Origin: the human T2T-CHM13v2.0 reference genome, Homo sapiens
Reading direction: 5' to 3' (one strand)
Length of the DNA: 64,000 nucleotides
NCBI RefSeq assembly: GCF_009914755.1
Contig: NC_060931.1
In this document: piece by piece, positions 39,405-54,040 of the stretch
Layout: each line of letters begins with the position of its first letter
Numbering within the stretch: position 1 is the first letter of the stretch
Translations under genes and position numbers: made by a program
The notes under the pieces: generated by a model
What the model saw: the letters and a program-made list of their open reading frames with translations, nothing else
The model's database searches: none
What the model was told of the DNA's origin: nothing

Positions 39405-40330
39405 CACTTTTTTATTTCAGAATACTTTTATAGAAAAGTTTCAAGGATATTATAGAGGTTCCTTGTACCCTACACTCAATTTCTTCTGTTTTTAACATCT
39501 TATATTGTATGATACATTTGTCACACATAATGAATCAATATTAAGGCATAATTATTCACTAAAAGTTGTTCTTCATTCAGATTTTCTTAGATTTTAGTTA
39601 ATGTCCTTCTTCTCTTCCAAGATACCATTCTGGATACCACATTATATTTAGTTTTCTTGTCTCCTTCGGCTCCTCTTGGGTCTGATTTTTTTCTCAGATT
39701 TTCCTTATTTTTGATGGCTTGACAGTTTTGAGGAGTACTGGTAAGACATTTTACTAGGACACTGGTAAGAATGTCCCTCAATTTGTTGATTCTTTTTTTT
39801 TTTAATGATTCCACTGGGGCTATGGATTTGGGGAAGGAAGACCACAGAGATAAGCTTGACATGCACTAGCTAGACGAGGCAGACCATGTTAAAATTTTCC
39901 ATTGTGAAGTTAATTCTTCTTTCCCCTCTTTTCATATTGAACTGTGGAAAGAAGTCACTCTATATACAGCCTACACATAAAGACTGGAGGTGTAGGGAGT
40001 TATGTTCCACATCTTTGAGTGGGAGTATATCTGCATTATTAGAGATGTTAAAATTATTTAGAATTTTTCTACAGACAAGATTTGTTTATTCTCTTCCATT
40101 TATTTATTTATTTTTATTCTATCACTATAGACTCATGGATATTTATTTTCTGACCTAATATATCGTTGTCTATTCTGTTCTTCAAATTGTGTCAGCTTTG
40201 GCCATTAGGATCTGTTTTAATTGTCTTCTATGTGTATTTGACATACCTCACTTGTATCATTTTGTTTTCTTTTATTCTTTTTCTGCTGCTTTCTTACTTT
40301 TTGGCACAAGAAGATCATCCAAGCTCTTTT
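39405..40330 (-). mobile_element. L1MC/L1MD-type 3' UTR
   Basis: 'gttttaacatcttatattgtatgatacatttgtcacacataatgaatcaata'-like terminus and 'cttgacagttttgaggagtactggtaag'. Confidence 0.75.
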
Positions 40331-41739
40331 TTTTTATATTTCCTGAATATAAAAAAGTCATCCGTGGCTTGGATTTAATTATCAAAATTAAATTGCAGTT
40401 AAGATTTCAATAATCTCCAGTCACATTTTAATCTCCATTGCTCAACAATGTAAACTGTATTTGTAATCAAAAAAGAAGTTTTTCTCTGGTTAACAGATTA
40501 TGTTTTTAAATGTTTCTGTCTGGTTACCAAATAAGAAAAATAATCTGGCTAACAGATTATTTTAAAACTATTTTTAACTTGGTGGGTTTAAAAAATCATA
40601 AGTGAATGTGTATTACTCTAATCACCTCTGTTCAAAGCCAAAGGACAAAGTGAGGTAAGTCTAATTAGGCTAATTCAGTGAATTATCATCTGATCGAATC
40701 ACGACTGTAAGAAATTATCCCTGGCTAAGTGTGGTGTCAAATTATTCTATGAAATAATTGGGAATATGACCCCTGGCACAAAAGGCTAGCTGTTTCCAAG
40801 AACAGAGTTCCCAAATAATGAAAGAGCAGCAGCTAAGATTACACCCTGTGCTTTAATTTCATAACTAGGCAAAAAAAGATGTTCAATATCCTCAACTTAT
40901 TTATTTCCTGACGGGAAATGCAAAATTAAAAGTGACTTTGTGATATTTCACTTGCGAATAGATTGATAGAAGAATTCTATGAAATTCTAAAGAAATATGA
41001 TAGGAAGTTTTATGAATTTAAAATTTAACTTAAAGAGAATATTAAGGTTCCTTTAAAATTATGTGAAACTACTATTTTGGGCCAGGGGTGAAGAAGCCAT
41101 AGGCAGTAAATTCCTTCTACTCACTTCTCAGTGTAATCCTGTGGGTTTATCCAGAACATTAGGTACTGGCTGGGAACTTCTGTTGGTAGTCTCATGTTGA
41201 TGAATCATCTCTTGGGAACATATTTGTCACGGTTTAAAAGAAGATACTTGGTGCTTGTTAAGGTTCTTTGACTTTCTTCTTATTTTACTTGTTTTCTTTT
41301 AAAGGTCAACTTCATTTATACCTTTAGAGTTCTGTTAAGCTAGACTCTATTTCGTCGTACCAGTATCATTGATGTTTTTATTTGGAGGGCTGAGTCAGCA
41401 GCATTGTTTTAAAAGACTACTTCTCTTTTCTCCCCATGTCCCTTTACATATTTTTTTAAAGTAAGGGTAAGTCCACTAGATCTTAACTTTTTATCTCTCT
41501 TTCAATAAAATTTATGCTTTTTCTTTCGCTATTTAAAATAAATGTATTTTTCATTGTGTGTTTAATTCTAAATTTCTCTGATATAACAGCTTGACCTAAA
41601 ATATAGCTCTTATTTTTAGAGAATATTGTAGGGTATTTAATAAAATAAAAAGAGCTAACTAACTAAAGATAAATCCATGGTGTACTATCAGGAATCTACT
41701 GGTAACATTTGTTTTTCAGTTATTAATTCTTTTATCCCT

Positions 41740-42770
41740 CCACCCATTTATTTATTGTGCTGAGACCTGTTGTTTCGCAATGATACTGTGTGAAACACTA
41801 CACTAAAGGAGTTGCAATTAGTACAACTGTGAGGCAATTCTTGCATAAACAAGACAGATAGCTTACTTTCTAATGGAGATCAGCATGAGCATATTTCTAA
41901 AAGGTCGGATATATATTATGTACCAGATGAGTGATACAAAAAAAATCAGTGCTATAGACAGGCAGACAGAGTTTTTATTGAGATTCAGGCAGTCTGATCA
42001 GGTCAGATATACAACATAAAATGGCACTTGAGGTAATCCTTAAGGGGTAGATTCGAATTTAAAAGATTGAGAAAGAAGCATGGATTCAAGAGTTTATGCA
42101 TTTACTCATTCATGGGTTTAGAAAGTTTTCAGTAAACATTTGAGTGAAGGGCATTCCACTAGTTCTGAAGCATAAGGCAAGGTCTTTATGTGAGGAAATG
42201 TTGATGATCCAGTTTTTATGAAGAATCAGATTTATGTTACAGTGAAATGTGGCTAGAATTTGAAGTTGGGTAATGGTCATGTAAGAAGTTGAAGCCAGAG
42301 TCAGGAGGAGTCCAAATATTAATTAGTGGATCTTAACTGATTTTGGTCAAGAGATGATGGCAAATCTTACACCTCAAAGAGGGATAAAGAAAGTGATGAT
42401 ATCAGAAATTTGGTTTATGAAGATTTCTGTCACATTGCTGTAGAAAACAGGGAATTTATGAGAAATGAATAAGAGGCTTCCCAAGGAATTTCCCAGAGAA
42501 CTGATAGCATGAAGTTTTATTAGATACAAGGAAACAGTTTTTGCTCATTAGCAGCCATACACTAGAAACAGAGAAAATATGAAGTAAAAACGACCCAGAG
42601 TTGGAAAGGAGCTTGTTAGACATGGAAGAGAATGAGGAGTCATCTTGGAAAACTCAACAAGGAAAATATGGAAAGGGAACAAAAAGTAGGTGGGTTCAAG
42701 GAACTCAAGAGCTTAATGAGGTGGTTTTTGAAAGGAGGAAGGATCGACTGATAGACGTGGCGCTATGTGT
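41740..42770 (-). mobile_element. Degraded L2
   Basis: Starts 'catttatttattgtgc' and continues as purine-rich L2-like antisense sequence. Very diverged. Confidence 0.4.
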
Positions 42771-42779
42771 GTAGTATAC

Positions 42780-43007
42780 TGTGATGGTTAATTTTATGTG
42801 TCCACTTAACTAGGTTATGGTGTCCAGGTATTTGATCAAATACCAGTCTAGATGTTGCTGTGGATACACTTTTTAGATGCGATTAACTGTTAAATCAATA
42901 GACTTTGAGTAAAGCCAGTTACCCACCATAAACTGGATGAGATTCATACTCAGTTGAAGGCCTTAAGACAAATCAATGAGGCTCCCCAAGGAAGAAGAAA
43001 TTCTGCT
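42780..43007 (+). mobile_element. MLT2 (ERVL) LTR 5' half
   Basis: 'tgtgatggttaattttatgtgtccacttaactagg...cagttgaaggccttaaga...gaaattctgc'. Confidence 0.85.
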
Positions 43008-43009
43008 AG

Positions 43010-46000
43010 AGGACATTTGGTTTATTTCATTGCTATAAACAGTGCTCCTATAAATATTTATATGCAAGTGTTAGTGTGATGATAGATTTTCATTTTTCTT
43101 GGGTAAATACCTGTGAATGAAACTGCTAAATTATGTAAGTGTCTGTTTGTAGAAACCTACCAATCTGTTTTCCAAAGTGGCTGTCAAGTTTTAAATTCCC
43201 ACAAACAATGTCTGAGAATTCTGATTTCTTCATATTCTTACCAATACTTGGTATTGTCAGTGTTTTTTTTTAATTCAACTATTCTAGTGTATGTGTAGCA
43301 GCATCTTATTATGTAATTGGTTTGCATTTTTCTAATAATTAGCAAAGGTTAGCATTTTTTCATGTACTTATTTGCTATTTGTGTACCTTCTTTAGAAAAG
43401 CATCTATTCCAATATTTATCCAAGTGGTAGCATAATTAGTAATTGTTATTAGTGGTAATATTTATTATTATTACTTAAATATTGAAGCTTCTTTTCTCTA
43501 ATAGTAATGTAGCCACTCCAGTAAACTGTAATTTTTTTGCATGGAACATCTTTTTACATGCTGTCCTATCAATTTGTGACTTTGTATTTAAAGTACATCT
43601 CTCGTTGAAAACATCTAGTTGAATATTTTTTTCTATACAGTCTGACATTCTCTGCCTTTGCTTGAAATATTTATTCAATTCATGTTTAATATAATAATAG
43701 GTAAGGTTGGATTTAGGTTGGACATTTTGCTTTATTCTATTTAACTATTTTTGTTTCTCTATTCATCCTCTATTACTTCTTTTTTGGTAAACAAACTTTT
43801 TTACTTTGCCATTTTAACTCTTCTGACACTTAGGTGTGTAACTTTCAGTGTTTGATTACTCTAGGAGTTAAAATATGCGTCTGTAATGTAATACAATCTT
43901 CAAGTTAGCACTGACTTCATTTCCAATAAAATATAGCAACTTGTCTCTGTATAGCTCCATTTTTTTCTCTTTCTATTATTATTGACATATATATCGTGTT
44001 TGTATACATTATAGAAACAACAATTGAGTGGGGTTTTTTTGGATTTTAATTATAATATGTTTAAATTAACGAGAAAAAGATAATACCTACGTACACCTAC
44101 ACAAAATCTTTTATCTATGTATTCATCATTTTTTCCTGTGGTTTTTAGTTACCATTTGATGCCCCTTCTTTTCCATCTGATGAAATTTTAAAATTATTTC
44201 TTGAAAGGAAAGTGTATAGCAACAAATTCTGTTTTTGTTTTTGTTTTCTAAACCCGGAAATGTCTTTATTTTGTGATGAATAATTTTGACACAAAATATT
44301 TAGTTGACATTTTCTTTTACTTCAGGACTTTTTAATATGTTACTATCTCCTGGATTCCATTGTTCTGATAAGTCTGCCTTTAACCTCATTATTGTCCTTC
44401 TCTACATGATGAATTATAGCTGTCTTGATACTTTTAAAATTTTTGTTTTGTTTTCTTTTAACCTTTGTCTTTTAGGAATTTTACTATAATATTTCTAGGT
44501 ATACTTTTCTTTGTGTTATCCTATTTGGGGTTTGTTGAGATCCTTGGATCTATATAGTTAATGTTTCTGACCAAATTTGGTAAAGTTCTGGCCATTTCTT
44601 TCAAAATAATTTTTCTGCCTCTCTCTTTCTCAACCTCTTTTCCTGGAATTCCAGATACACATATGTTAGGGTGATTGATATTATCCCAGACATCTCTGAA
44701 GTAATGTTTATTTTTTAACGTTTTCTATTTTATTGGATAAAATAATTTATATTTGTTTATTTTCAAAGGTATGAATCTTCTATTATTTCAAATCTACTAT
44801 TGAGTTCATTGAGTAATTTTTAAATTTAATTTATTATGCTTTCCAGCTCTAAATTTTCTACTGGGTTCTTTTTTATACTTTATATTCCTCAATAGAGATC
44901 CTCTATTTGTTGTCTCATTGTTATGATATTTCCCTTTAATATTTTAGCTATTCTTTCTTTAATTATTTGAACATACTTATCAGTCCTACTTTAAAGTCTT
45001 TGTCTGCTGAATCTAATATCCATGCCCACTCGAAGTCAATTTCTTTTGATTTTTTTTCTGAACTATGCAGCACACATTTTTGCTTATTTACATGTCTGGC
45101 ATTTTTTGTTTGCAATTAGTATGATAAGTAATATGTGACAGTGACTAGATTCTGTTCTGTTTTAGGGTTGTTGATTTTTAAAATAATAAATAGGCCATTT
45201 TTAGTATAGTCTTAGATTTACAAAATAATTAAGCAGGTATTACAAAGAGTTGCATACATTCAAACCCCATTCTCTACCATGACTGTCACCGTTTCCCACG
45301 TTACTGACATCTTGCAGTAGGATGGTACCTTTGTTATAATTAATGAACTAATGCTGATATATTATTATTAGCTAAAATTCATAGTTTATATTAAGGTCAT
45401 TCTTTGTGCTGTAAAGTTCTACAGGGCTTGACAAATGCATAATAATATATATTAACCATTACAGTTTTATACAGGATGGTTTCACCATCCTAAAAAATAC
45501 CATGTACTTCACCTACTTATCCTTCTCCTCCCTCTCTGCTGACTGCCACTGATCTAAAAATATCTGTAAAACTGATTCATTAAAAATTGCAAAATTGTAA
45601 AAGTGATCCATTAAATACTGTAAGTGAAAATGATTTCTATAGTTTTGCCTTTTCAAAAATTTCATATAATTGAAATCATATAGCATGGAGCCTTTTCAGA
45701 CTGGCTTCTTTCACTTTACAGTATACATCTACATTGTTTTCATGTCTTTTCATGGTTTATAGCACATGTGTTTTGTGTTGCTTTATTATTTTTAATTGAA
45801 ACATAATTTTACATATTTATGGAGTATAGCATAACATTTTAATACATGTGTACAATGTACAATGATCAAACAAGTGTAATTAGCGTATCCAGCAACTCAA
45901 GCATGTATCCATTTTAATGTAAATATTCAAAATCCACTCTTCTAGCTATATGAAAATAAACAATAAATTGTTAATTATACTCACCCAATAGTGCTATTGA

Positions 46001-48690
46001 ACACTGGCAGGTTTCTTTTTATTGCTCAATATTTCTTTCCATAAATGCACTACAGTTTGTCTCTTCATCCTCTATTATAGAACATCTTGGTTTCTTTAAG
46101 TTTTTGGCATTTATGAATAAAGCTGCTCTAAACATTTATGTGCAGGTTTTTGTGTGGACATAAATTTTCAAAACTGGGTAAATACCTAGGAATATGGTGG
46201 CTGGATCATATGGTAAAATTACTTTTAACTTTAAAAGAAACTACCAAACTGTCTTCCAAAATAGTTGAGCTATTTGCATTGCTGCCAGCCATGATTGAGT
46301 GTTCCTGTTGCTCAGCATTCTCACTGGCATTTGGTATCATGTTTGCTTGTTTGTTTTTAATTTTAGCAACTCTACTAGGTGTGTAATGGTATTTCATTAC
46401 TGTTTTGTTTATAATTTCTTAAAGATACTTCATATGAGGTATCTTTTCCTATGCTTATATGTCATCTGTATAATTTTCTTTACTGAGCTCTATTCAGATC
46501 TTTTGCCCATTCTTAATTGTGTTGTGTGTTTTTTGTTGAGTTTTTGAGTTCTTTGTATATAATTGTATACAAATTCATTATCTGATATATTTTACAAATG
46601 ATTTCTCCCAGTCTGTGACTTGTTTCCTTATTCTTTTAACAATGAGCAGGAGTTTTTAATTTTAATAACATCTAAATTATCAATTTCTTCTTCCATGATT
46701 AGTGCTTTTTGTGTTCTATCTACAAACTCATCACCAAATCTGGTTGCATGAATTTTACCCCACTTTATCTTCCACAAGTATAATAAGTTTGCATTTTGTA
46801 CTTAGGTTTGAGATCCATTTGAGTTAATTTTTTTTGCAAAGGACATAAAATGCCTATCTGGCTGTTTTTTATTTTGTTTAGTTCTGTTTTGCCTATGGAT
46901 GTCCAGTTGTTTCAGCACCATTTGTTGAAAAGACTATCCATTCTCTTTTGGAATTGCCATTACTCCTTTGTTAAAGATCAGTTGACTATATTTTGGTGGG
47001 TCTATTTCTGGGCTATCTATTCCATCGATCTATTTGTCCATTCTTTCACCATACCACACTGTTGTGAATATCCTAGCTTTATGGTGAACCTTGAAGTTGT
47101 TAGTGTCAGTCTTTTGACCTTGTTTATCTTTGGTATTGTGTTAGCTGTTTTGGATCTTTTCCTTTCCATGTAAACCCTAGAATAAGTTTATTAATATCTA
47201 CAAAATAACTTACAGGAATTTTGACTGGGATTGTGTTGGATTTTTAATTCATTTGGGGAAGAAATGACATTTTCATGAGTCTTTATTTCCATGAACATAG
47301 ACTGTCCTTATTTATTTAGATTTTGATTCTTCATTGCATTTTCTAGGTTTTCTCCCATGTATCCTGTATATAATTTGTTTGATGTGTACATAATTATTTC
47401 TTTCTCACTCTTTTCTTGGCACTAATATAAATGATACTGTGTTTTAATTATAAATTATAATTGTTCATTGCTAATATATAAGAAAGCAACTGATTTTGTA
47501 TATTAACCTTTTATTCTATAACCTTGCTGTAATTACTTGTTAAGGTTTTTTGTTTCCATTAATTGATTAGATTCATCCTGGGAAATCCGTTTCCTCTTGC
47601 GTATAGCTGCATATATCTCCACTCAACATGTCTGTAGCTTGATCCCTAGAGGATTGAGTATTTTCACATTTACCCAGTGATTTGGGCAGAAACTATGCTG
47701 AATCACCTCAAATTTGTAAGGCTTCCACTGTCTGCTAACTGGGCTGCGTAGGTAGAGGACTACATTCAAAATCACAAGTGACTTGGATTTTACTCATGAC
47801 TCAAGAATCTCTTCTACTTTTCATTGGTCAGTCACAGGTCTCCAACTTAAGGCATAGCTTAGCAGTCCACCAAAGATGTGGAGAGTTTGTTATTTTATGC
47901 CTTCTATAACTCAATTTCAAGATTTCTCCCTTAAATTCTAATGTTCTGCCTCCCACCCCACATTGAGACCATAATACCTGGCCATCATAGTTGCCAATTA
48001 TTGTCTCCTATATTCTCTTCCTGAATGAGTCCACCAGCATAGCTAGTAAACCTTTGTGCCGTCAATCTTGAACTGTGCGAACCATCACTCACCACTCATA
48101 AAGCTCCAGTTTTTACTGCCTGAGCTTTGGTGGTAGTGGTGGGTGGAGGTCAGTGGTATTTTGAGCATCCCTGGGTAAGAAGCCCACAGATGTTCCATTG
48201 GTTTCCTCCAATGTAGTAGCAGGTTTTTGTTTGCTTGTTTGTTTTTGACAGAGTCTCACTCTATCCTCCAGGCTGGAGTGCAGTGGTGTGATATCAGCTC
48301 ACTGCAACTTCGGCCCCCCAGTTCAAGTGACTCTTACGCCTCAGCCTCCTGAGTAGCTGGGATTACACATGCCTGCCACCACACCCGGATAAATTTTTTG
48401 TATTTTTAGTAGAGACAGGGTTCCGCCATGTTGATCAGGCTGGGTCTCAAACTCCTATCGTCAAGTGACCCACCTGCTTCAGCCTCCCAAAGTGCTGGGA
48501 TTACAGGCATGAGCTACCTCACTGGCAATAGCAATTTTTAAAGAGTAAACACATATCTCATTTTGTTGTATGCCTTTGATCATTTTGCAGTATGCAGAAA
48601 TACCTATCTATCTATTTGTTTCTATTTTGTGACATTTTATTCTAACTTTCTGTGGTGGAGAATGGCTTAACTTCCTCAGACAGCCATTTT
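43010..48690 (-). mobile_element. Stack of nested old L1M fragments (ORF2 3' piece, EN/ORF1 piece, L1MC 3' end ~45170-47550, L1MA 3' end ~45785-46000)
   Basis: Antisense L1 phrases throughout, e.g. 'ggatgtccagttgtttcagcaccatttgttgaaaagac'. Peptides YHYTPSRVAKIK and QRMSDCIEK..GVATLL. Boundaries approximate. Confidence 0.8.
48224..48527 (-). mobile_element. Alu SINE (S/J)
   Basis: Full dimer in antisense with a (TTTG)-type tail. Flanks tagcaggtttt / tagcaatttt. Confidence 0.96.
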
Positions 48691-49825
48691 TGGAGGCCTA
48701 GCACCTGAAGTTACTCATGAGAAAATATCAGACAAACCCAAACGTCATCCCTCCTGCATTAAATATACTTGATCCCTGTGGGTGGTGTTAGTTGACTGCT
48801 TCCAAGATAAAGAACCAGTATAATAGCTTCAGATTAGGCAGAGATGTTTAATGATAATATGTGTTTTATGATACTTAGACTAGATGATATGTCTTTTTTG
48901 AACAGAGGAAAACTCATGTCATTACAGGCTTAGAACCAGATAAGAAGGTGAGAAATTTTACGCAAACTAATTTAGTCCATAGTATTGCCAGAAGTAGGAT
49001 GGCATTCTGTTCCTCAAATTAATAAATAAGCACTAAAATTCCTAGGAGACAGTTGAACTGGTATCTAGATATTCATAATCTGGTTATGATAAAGTCTTAA
49101 CAATTATAGGAAATGTATCTTTAATCCACACTCACTGATTATGCTTTCTATCTGGTCTTGAGGAGGTTATGAGACCTACAGGTCTCTGATAAATTTGGCT
49201 CATTAGATTCAGCTATGTCATTTAGGTAATCCTCATAGAGAAAGCCCTTGTATAATAAAATGATGGAGCCATATGGTTTTAAAAAGTTTAATTCTTTCTG
49301 CCAAACAAGCACTAGAACTAGGAAAGCTTAGTTTCCTATAGAATTTCTTGGAGATAGGGTATAAGGCATTCTGATTAAATCCACATTTTATATCGCTGTC
49401 CAGAAGTAGTACATAAATCCTACAGAGCTGCTAAGACAACACAAGTGTCCTAACACATTTCAATTAATCACTAACTTAAGTCTACATGTGAAAAAGAAAG
49501 GACTAATTAATAACAGCAAAGAACCATTCACAAATTCAAGAATTATGTTCTATTTATAGTTGATGAAAATCTGTTTCTGTCAGAAGTTCTTATTAAGTCC
49601 ACTAGTCACAAAGAATAAATGAAAATGAGCTTGAACTTTGAAAGTATATTTGCTCTTACACTCTGTAATAATATCTAGGCTGAACAATTCAGGCACTGCT
49701 ATTACCAGCAATGTGATAAATATTTTTCTTTGTGGGCACATACGTCAATGTTAATCTTTAGAAATAGGCTTAAAGGCAGTAAGATCATTGAATCCTACAA
49801 ATGTTATATGTTGTTGGTATTTTAG

Positions 49826-50200
<375 letters not shown>

Positions 50201-50399
50201 TGAAAAGTTGGTATTACTATAGCTTCATGACCAAAACCTCAAATTAGTGTACAATCACAATGTTCTCAAGCTCACTCCCTTACTGTAGTACTATGCTTTT
50301 GTTACACCTTTCCTTCATATTGCAAATTTTTAATCTCCCCATCACCTATTCCTAGTATTTTTTCCTCATATTAATAATATTTCCTGAAAAAAACATGTT

Positions 50400-50690
50400 C
50401 CAAGTAGAGCATCCGCATCTTATTTGATGGCAACTCCTTACCAGTTTCTCAGGCTAAAATACTGGAGACCAACTTCTGTTCCCCTTTTTCTCTCACATTC
50501 CGCCTCCGATCCACCAACAAGTTCTCTTTATGTTCAAAAGTTTCAGAATCTGTTCATGTCTCATATCTTCTACTGCCAATTTGATCTGACCTACAATTCT
50601 GATTATTGCAATATTTTCCCAGCAGGTCCCCTATTTCTGTCTTTACACTATTACTCTATCTCAACTTATCTATAAGAGTGAGCTTTTTGG
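50400..50690 (+). mobile_element. L2 fragment
   Basis: 'ccagtttctcaggctaaaatactggag...ctgattattgcaatattttcccagcagg'. Confidence 0.6.
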
Positions 50691-51294
50691 AATGTGTTGT
50701 ATTTTTAAAAAAAAACATTTTGTTTTTGACACTTAACATGAGACCTACAAACTACATGACATGTAAAGGCCTTTGTGCAAGTAGCAAATTTTAAGAGAAA
50801 CTTTTCTAATTACATTGCACTTAAAGTCATATACCTTAATTTCTGGATTATTCAATTATACGATTTTCCCCCACTGCCGGAAACATTCATAATCATGTAT
50901 GTGAAATTTCCTCTCAACTTTAGAGATTTTATAAATGTTAGCAATTAAGGTGATGGATGGTGATTCAAAGCTCCATTATTCCTATCTTCCTAATTCTCCA
51001 GAAGGTATTTTGAGAGTCCTTGTAAAAGGTCCAATGATCCAGTAATTAATCCCTTTGCTTTCAAAGGCATATGAAATCCTCTGACTTCCTTAATTCACAC
51101 TTTCGAATTGCTGTGCAGAACTTATGGTAAATTGAAGAGAAAAAATATATAAAGATCATAAATATTGATTTAACTTTTGATTTAAACAATTTTTTCCACA
51201 AACTGTTTAATTTGTGAAATATGAGCACTGGAACTACCATTATTAACACCACTAATGGTCGAACAGCATTTAAACAAGTGTATAGTAATTTGGA

Positions 51295-51458
51295 CTGGTG
51301 CTTTTCAGTGTTTCATGTACATGTAAAGTACCTGGGAGCTTGTTACAATGCAGATTCCAATTCAGTAGATCTGAGTGAAGAGCTAGGAATCTGCATTTCT
51401 AAGCTCCTAGGTAATGCTCATACTGGCAGCCTTAGCTTATCCTTCAAATAAGTAGGAT
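51295..51458. mobile_element. MER5A-like hAT-Charlie MITE
   Basis: 'acctgggagcttgttacaatgcagattccaattcagtagatctg...ggaatctgcatttctaagctcctaggtaatgc', with an internal atgcagattcc / ggaatctgcat inverted pair. Confidence 0.75.
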
Positions 51459-51624
51459 TTTGAACACCTTGACTTGTGTAAAGAAATTTGAGCAAAAAAG
51501 AAAATCATCAAATTTCATTTAACATTAAAAAAATGTGGACCATGCAAAGAAATAATCTCCAAGAGACTTTTATATTCTCAGAAGGCAAAGGAAAGAGTGA
51601 GTAAATATGTGTGGAATAAATTCA

Positions 51625-51810
51625 TTCAGTATACTGGAGGTGTGTGGGATTTGGTGTTAGAGATCTGGCTTTGAATTCATCTGGACCACTCACTAATAGT
51701 GTGAGCCTGGATAAAGCTACCTAATAACCTTGGTCCTCAGGTAATTTATAAAATAAGTTCAATAATAACTACTTATAAAATTGTGAGAATTACATGAAAA
51801 AATATGTCAT
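51625..51810 (+). mobile_element. MIR SINE
   Basis: 'gatctggctttgaattcatctggaccactcactaatagtgtgagcctggataaag'. Confidence 0.7.
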
Positions 51811-52499
51811 TAGCATTAAGAAAAATGAAAATATTTGTTTCTCTTCTTCAATATATAGGATTGGTTTTTAAAATGCTGTCTATGCTTTATACCATACCTT
51901 ATACTAGCAGTATTTACAGTATGGATACGCCAAAGTCTTTTTGTTTTAAATAATCATACAAATCATACATATTGTAACATTATGATTACTAAATAACTCA
52001 TGTCAGTCATAGCTAAATTATTTAATGGTGTTTGATAGGAATCAAAAGACCAAATTATAGAATTTGTTCTATGCTAACATACAATTATCTTTTTATGATA
52101 CAATGTCTAAAACACACTGTCCCCAAAATGTAAATTGTCTATGAATTTTCTACAGGTACACAAAATCCAAAGATCTTCATTCCAGGCTCAGCTTTTCCAC
52201 TAATTTATGTTCCTTTGGGAAAGCCAGTTAATTTCTGGGGACCTTGGTTTCCTTTCCTGGAAAATCATATTAGATTATAACTAAAATCTGTTCTCAAAGA
52301 GCCTAATGTCTACCCTATTATGTTTCTTGCAGCTTCATTGGCTGTAAGTTGAATCCTGTGTATGCATATACCATGTCACATTGGTAAGATTGTGTTTTTG
52401 AACAGTCAACTGTGAAATTAGCTCTGTAAATTCAGCACTTACCACATGACTATATTTACATTCAGTTAATATTTTATATTGATACAATCATTTATATGA

Positions 52500-52745
52500 A
52501 TCTAAAAGAATTCTTATCGAGCATTTGCTAGCAACTCTTCCAAGCCTTTTTAAAAAAATAAGTCATTTAATTTTCATTATAACCATATTAGATAGCTACT
52601 AACCCTATTTGATAGCTTCTATTATTATCTTCAACTTACAACTGAAGAAACTGAGGCATATGAGATTAACTTTCCCATGGTCACTCAGGGTTTTGATCTC
52701 TATGACTAAACTCCAGAACTCATGTTCTTAACCACTATGATAAGC
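52500..52745 (-). mobile_element. MIR SINE
   Basis: 'cttacaactgaagaaactgaggcata...catgttcttaaccactat'. Confidence 0.75.
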
Positions 52746-53763
52746 TCCCTGTGTCACCATAACCATAAATGTTTCCTAATTCATAATTTATTTAGTTTGT
52801 CGGACAGAAGTACTGAATTGATTTAATATTAGTTCATTTATGTATACAGGATTCCTATAAAATAATTCTTTCAACTATATTAAAGATTTCCCTTACGAAT
52901 GTTTTGAACAAAACCTACCATTTTGGCCCAGTACCTTGTGTAGACACACATTTAAGAGATTTTTGATACCTACTTTCCCCCATCATTCATTGCCCTTACT
53001 ATACTACCTTTCCCTAAGATAGGAAAAAACATAAAGAGACCCAAGAAATAAAAATGACCTATCATTCATTGTTCTATTATTATTCTTGGTAGTTTTGCAA
53101 CGCATTATGCAATTTCTAGGGAAAATAGTTCACTGCATTTTGTTGGTAACAAGTCAAGTAAACATAAATTTGAGTCCAAGTTAAGTAGTTATGTCTTTTG
53201 AAGATTTTATATCTGGTGGTCTGCTCAGTGTCACCAGGTTTCCACGGCAATATAGCTGTAACATTCCTTCTGAGAGAGCTTGCATCAGGCACACTGGATC
53301 GGATTTATGTCATGGACCCCCACAGGGTATTAATCATTCTTTGAGGTCATTTTCAGTTATGAAAGTAAGTGAATTTGGAAAAAAAATGGCATGAACGAAC
53401 TTTAAACCAGGTCCCATGGCTAGCTTCAGGTGGTAGAAAAACAAATGTTGAAGATTCACAAAACTAATTTCTTGGCAGAGTGAGTATGAAGATTGAGAAT
53501 CAGATGGGGTAGTTACCATTCATTAGCACACTTACAAACTGTCTGTGTTACGAAAACCAGGGCACACTTAGAGGAAAATAAACAAATTTATCAGGCTGGT
53601 TTCAATTTTCTGAAGTACAATGTTGAAAGGTTTCCACTTGGTCTGTGTGAAATTCTGAGAAGATAATTTAGACATGGCTATAATGATTTGTCACTTCTGT
53701 CAGGTCTTAGAAAAAAGTGTTAAGAGCCTGGTACACTTTTCTGATTGAGGACTGGAACAGTTT

Positions 53764-54000
53764 GCATACACCATTGTTCCAACAGCATGTGCTCACTTTG
53801 TGACTCTGTTTTACATCTTGGAAATTCTCGCAATATTTCAAACTTTTTATTATGTATCTGTTATGGTGATCTGTGATCAGGGTCTTTGATGTTACCAGTA
53901 GAATTATTTTGGGGAATCATGAACTGTACCCATGTAAGACAGCAAACTTAATAGATAATTTTGGTGTGTGTTCTGACTGTTCCACTACCCAGTCATTTCA

Positions 54001-54040
<40 letters not shown>

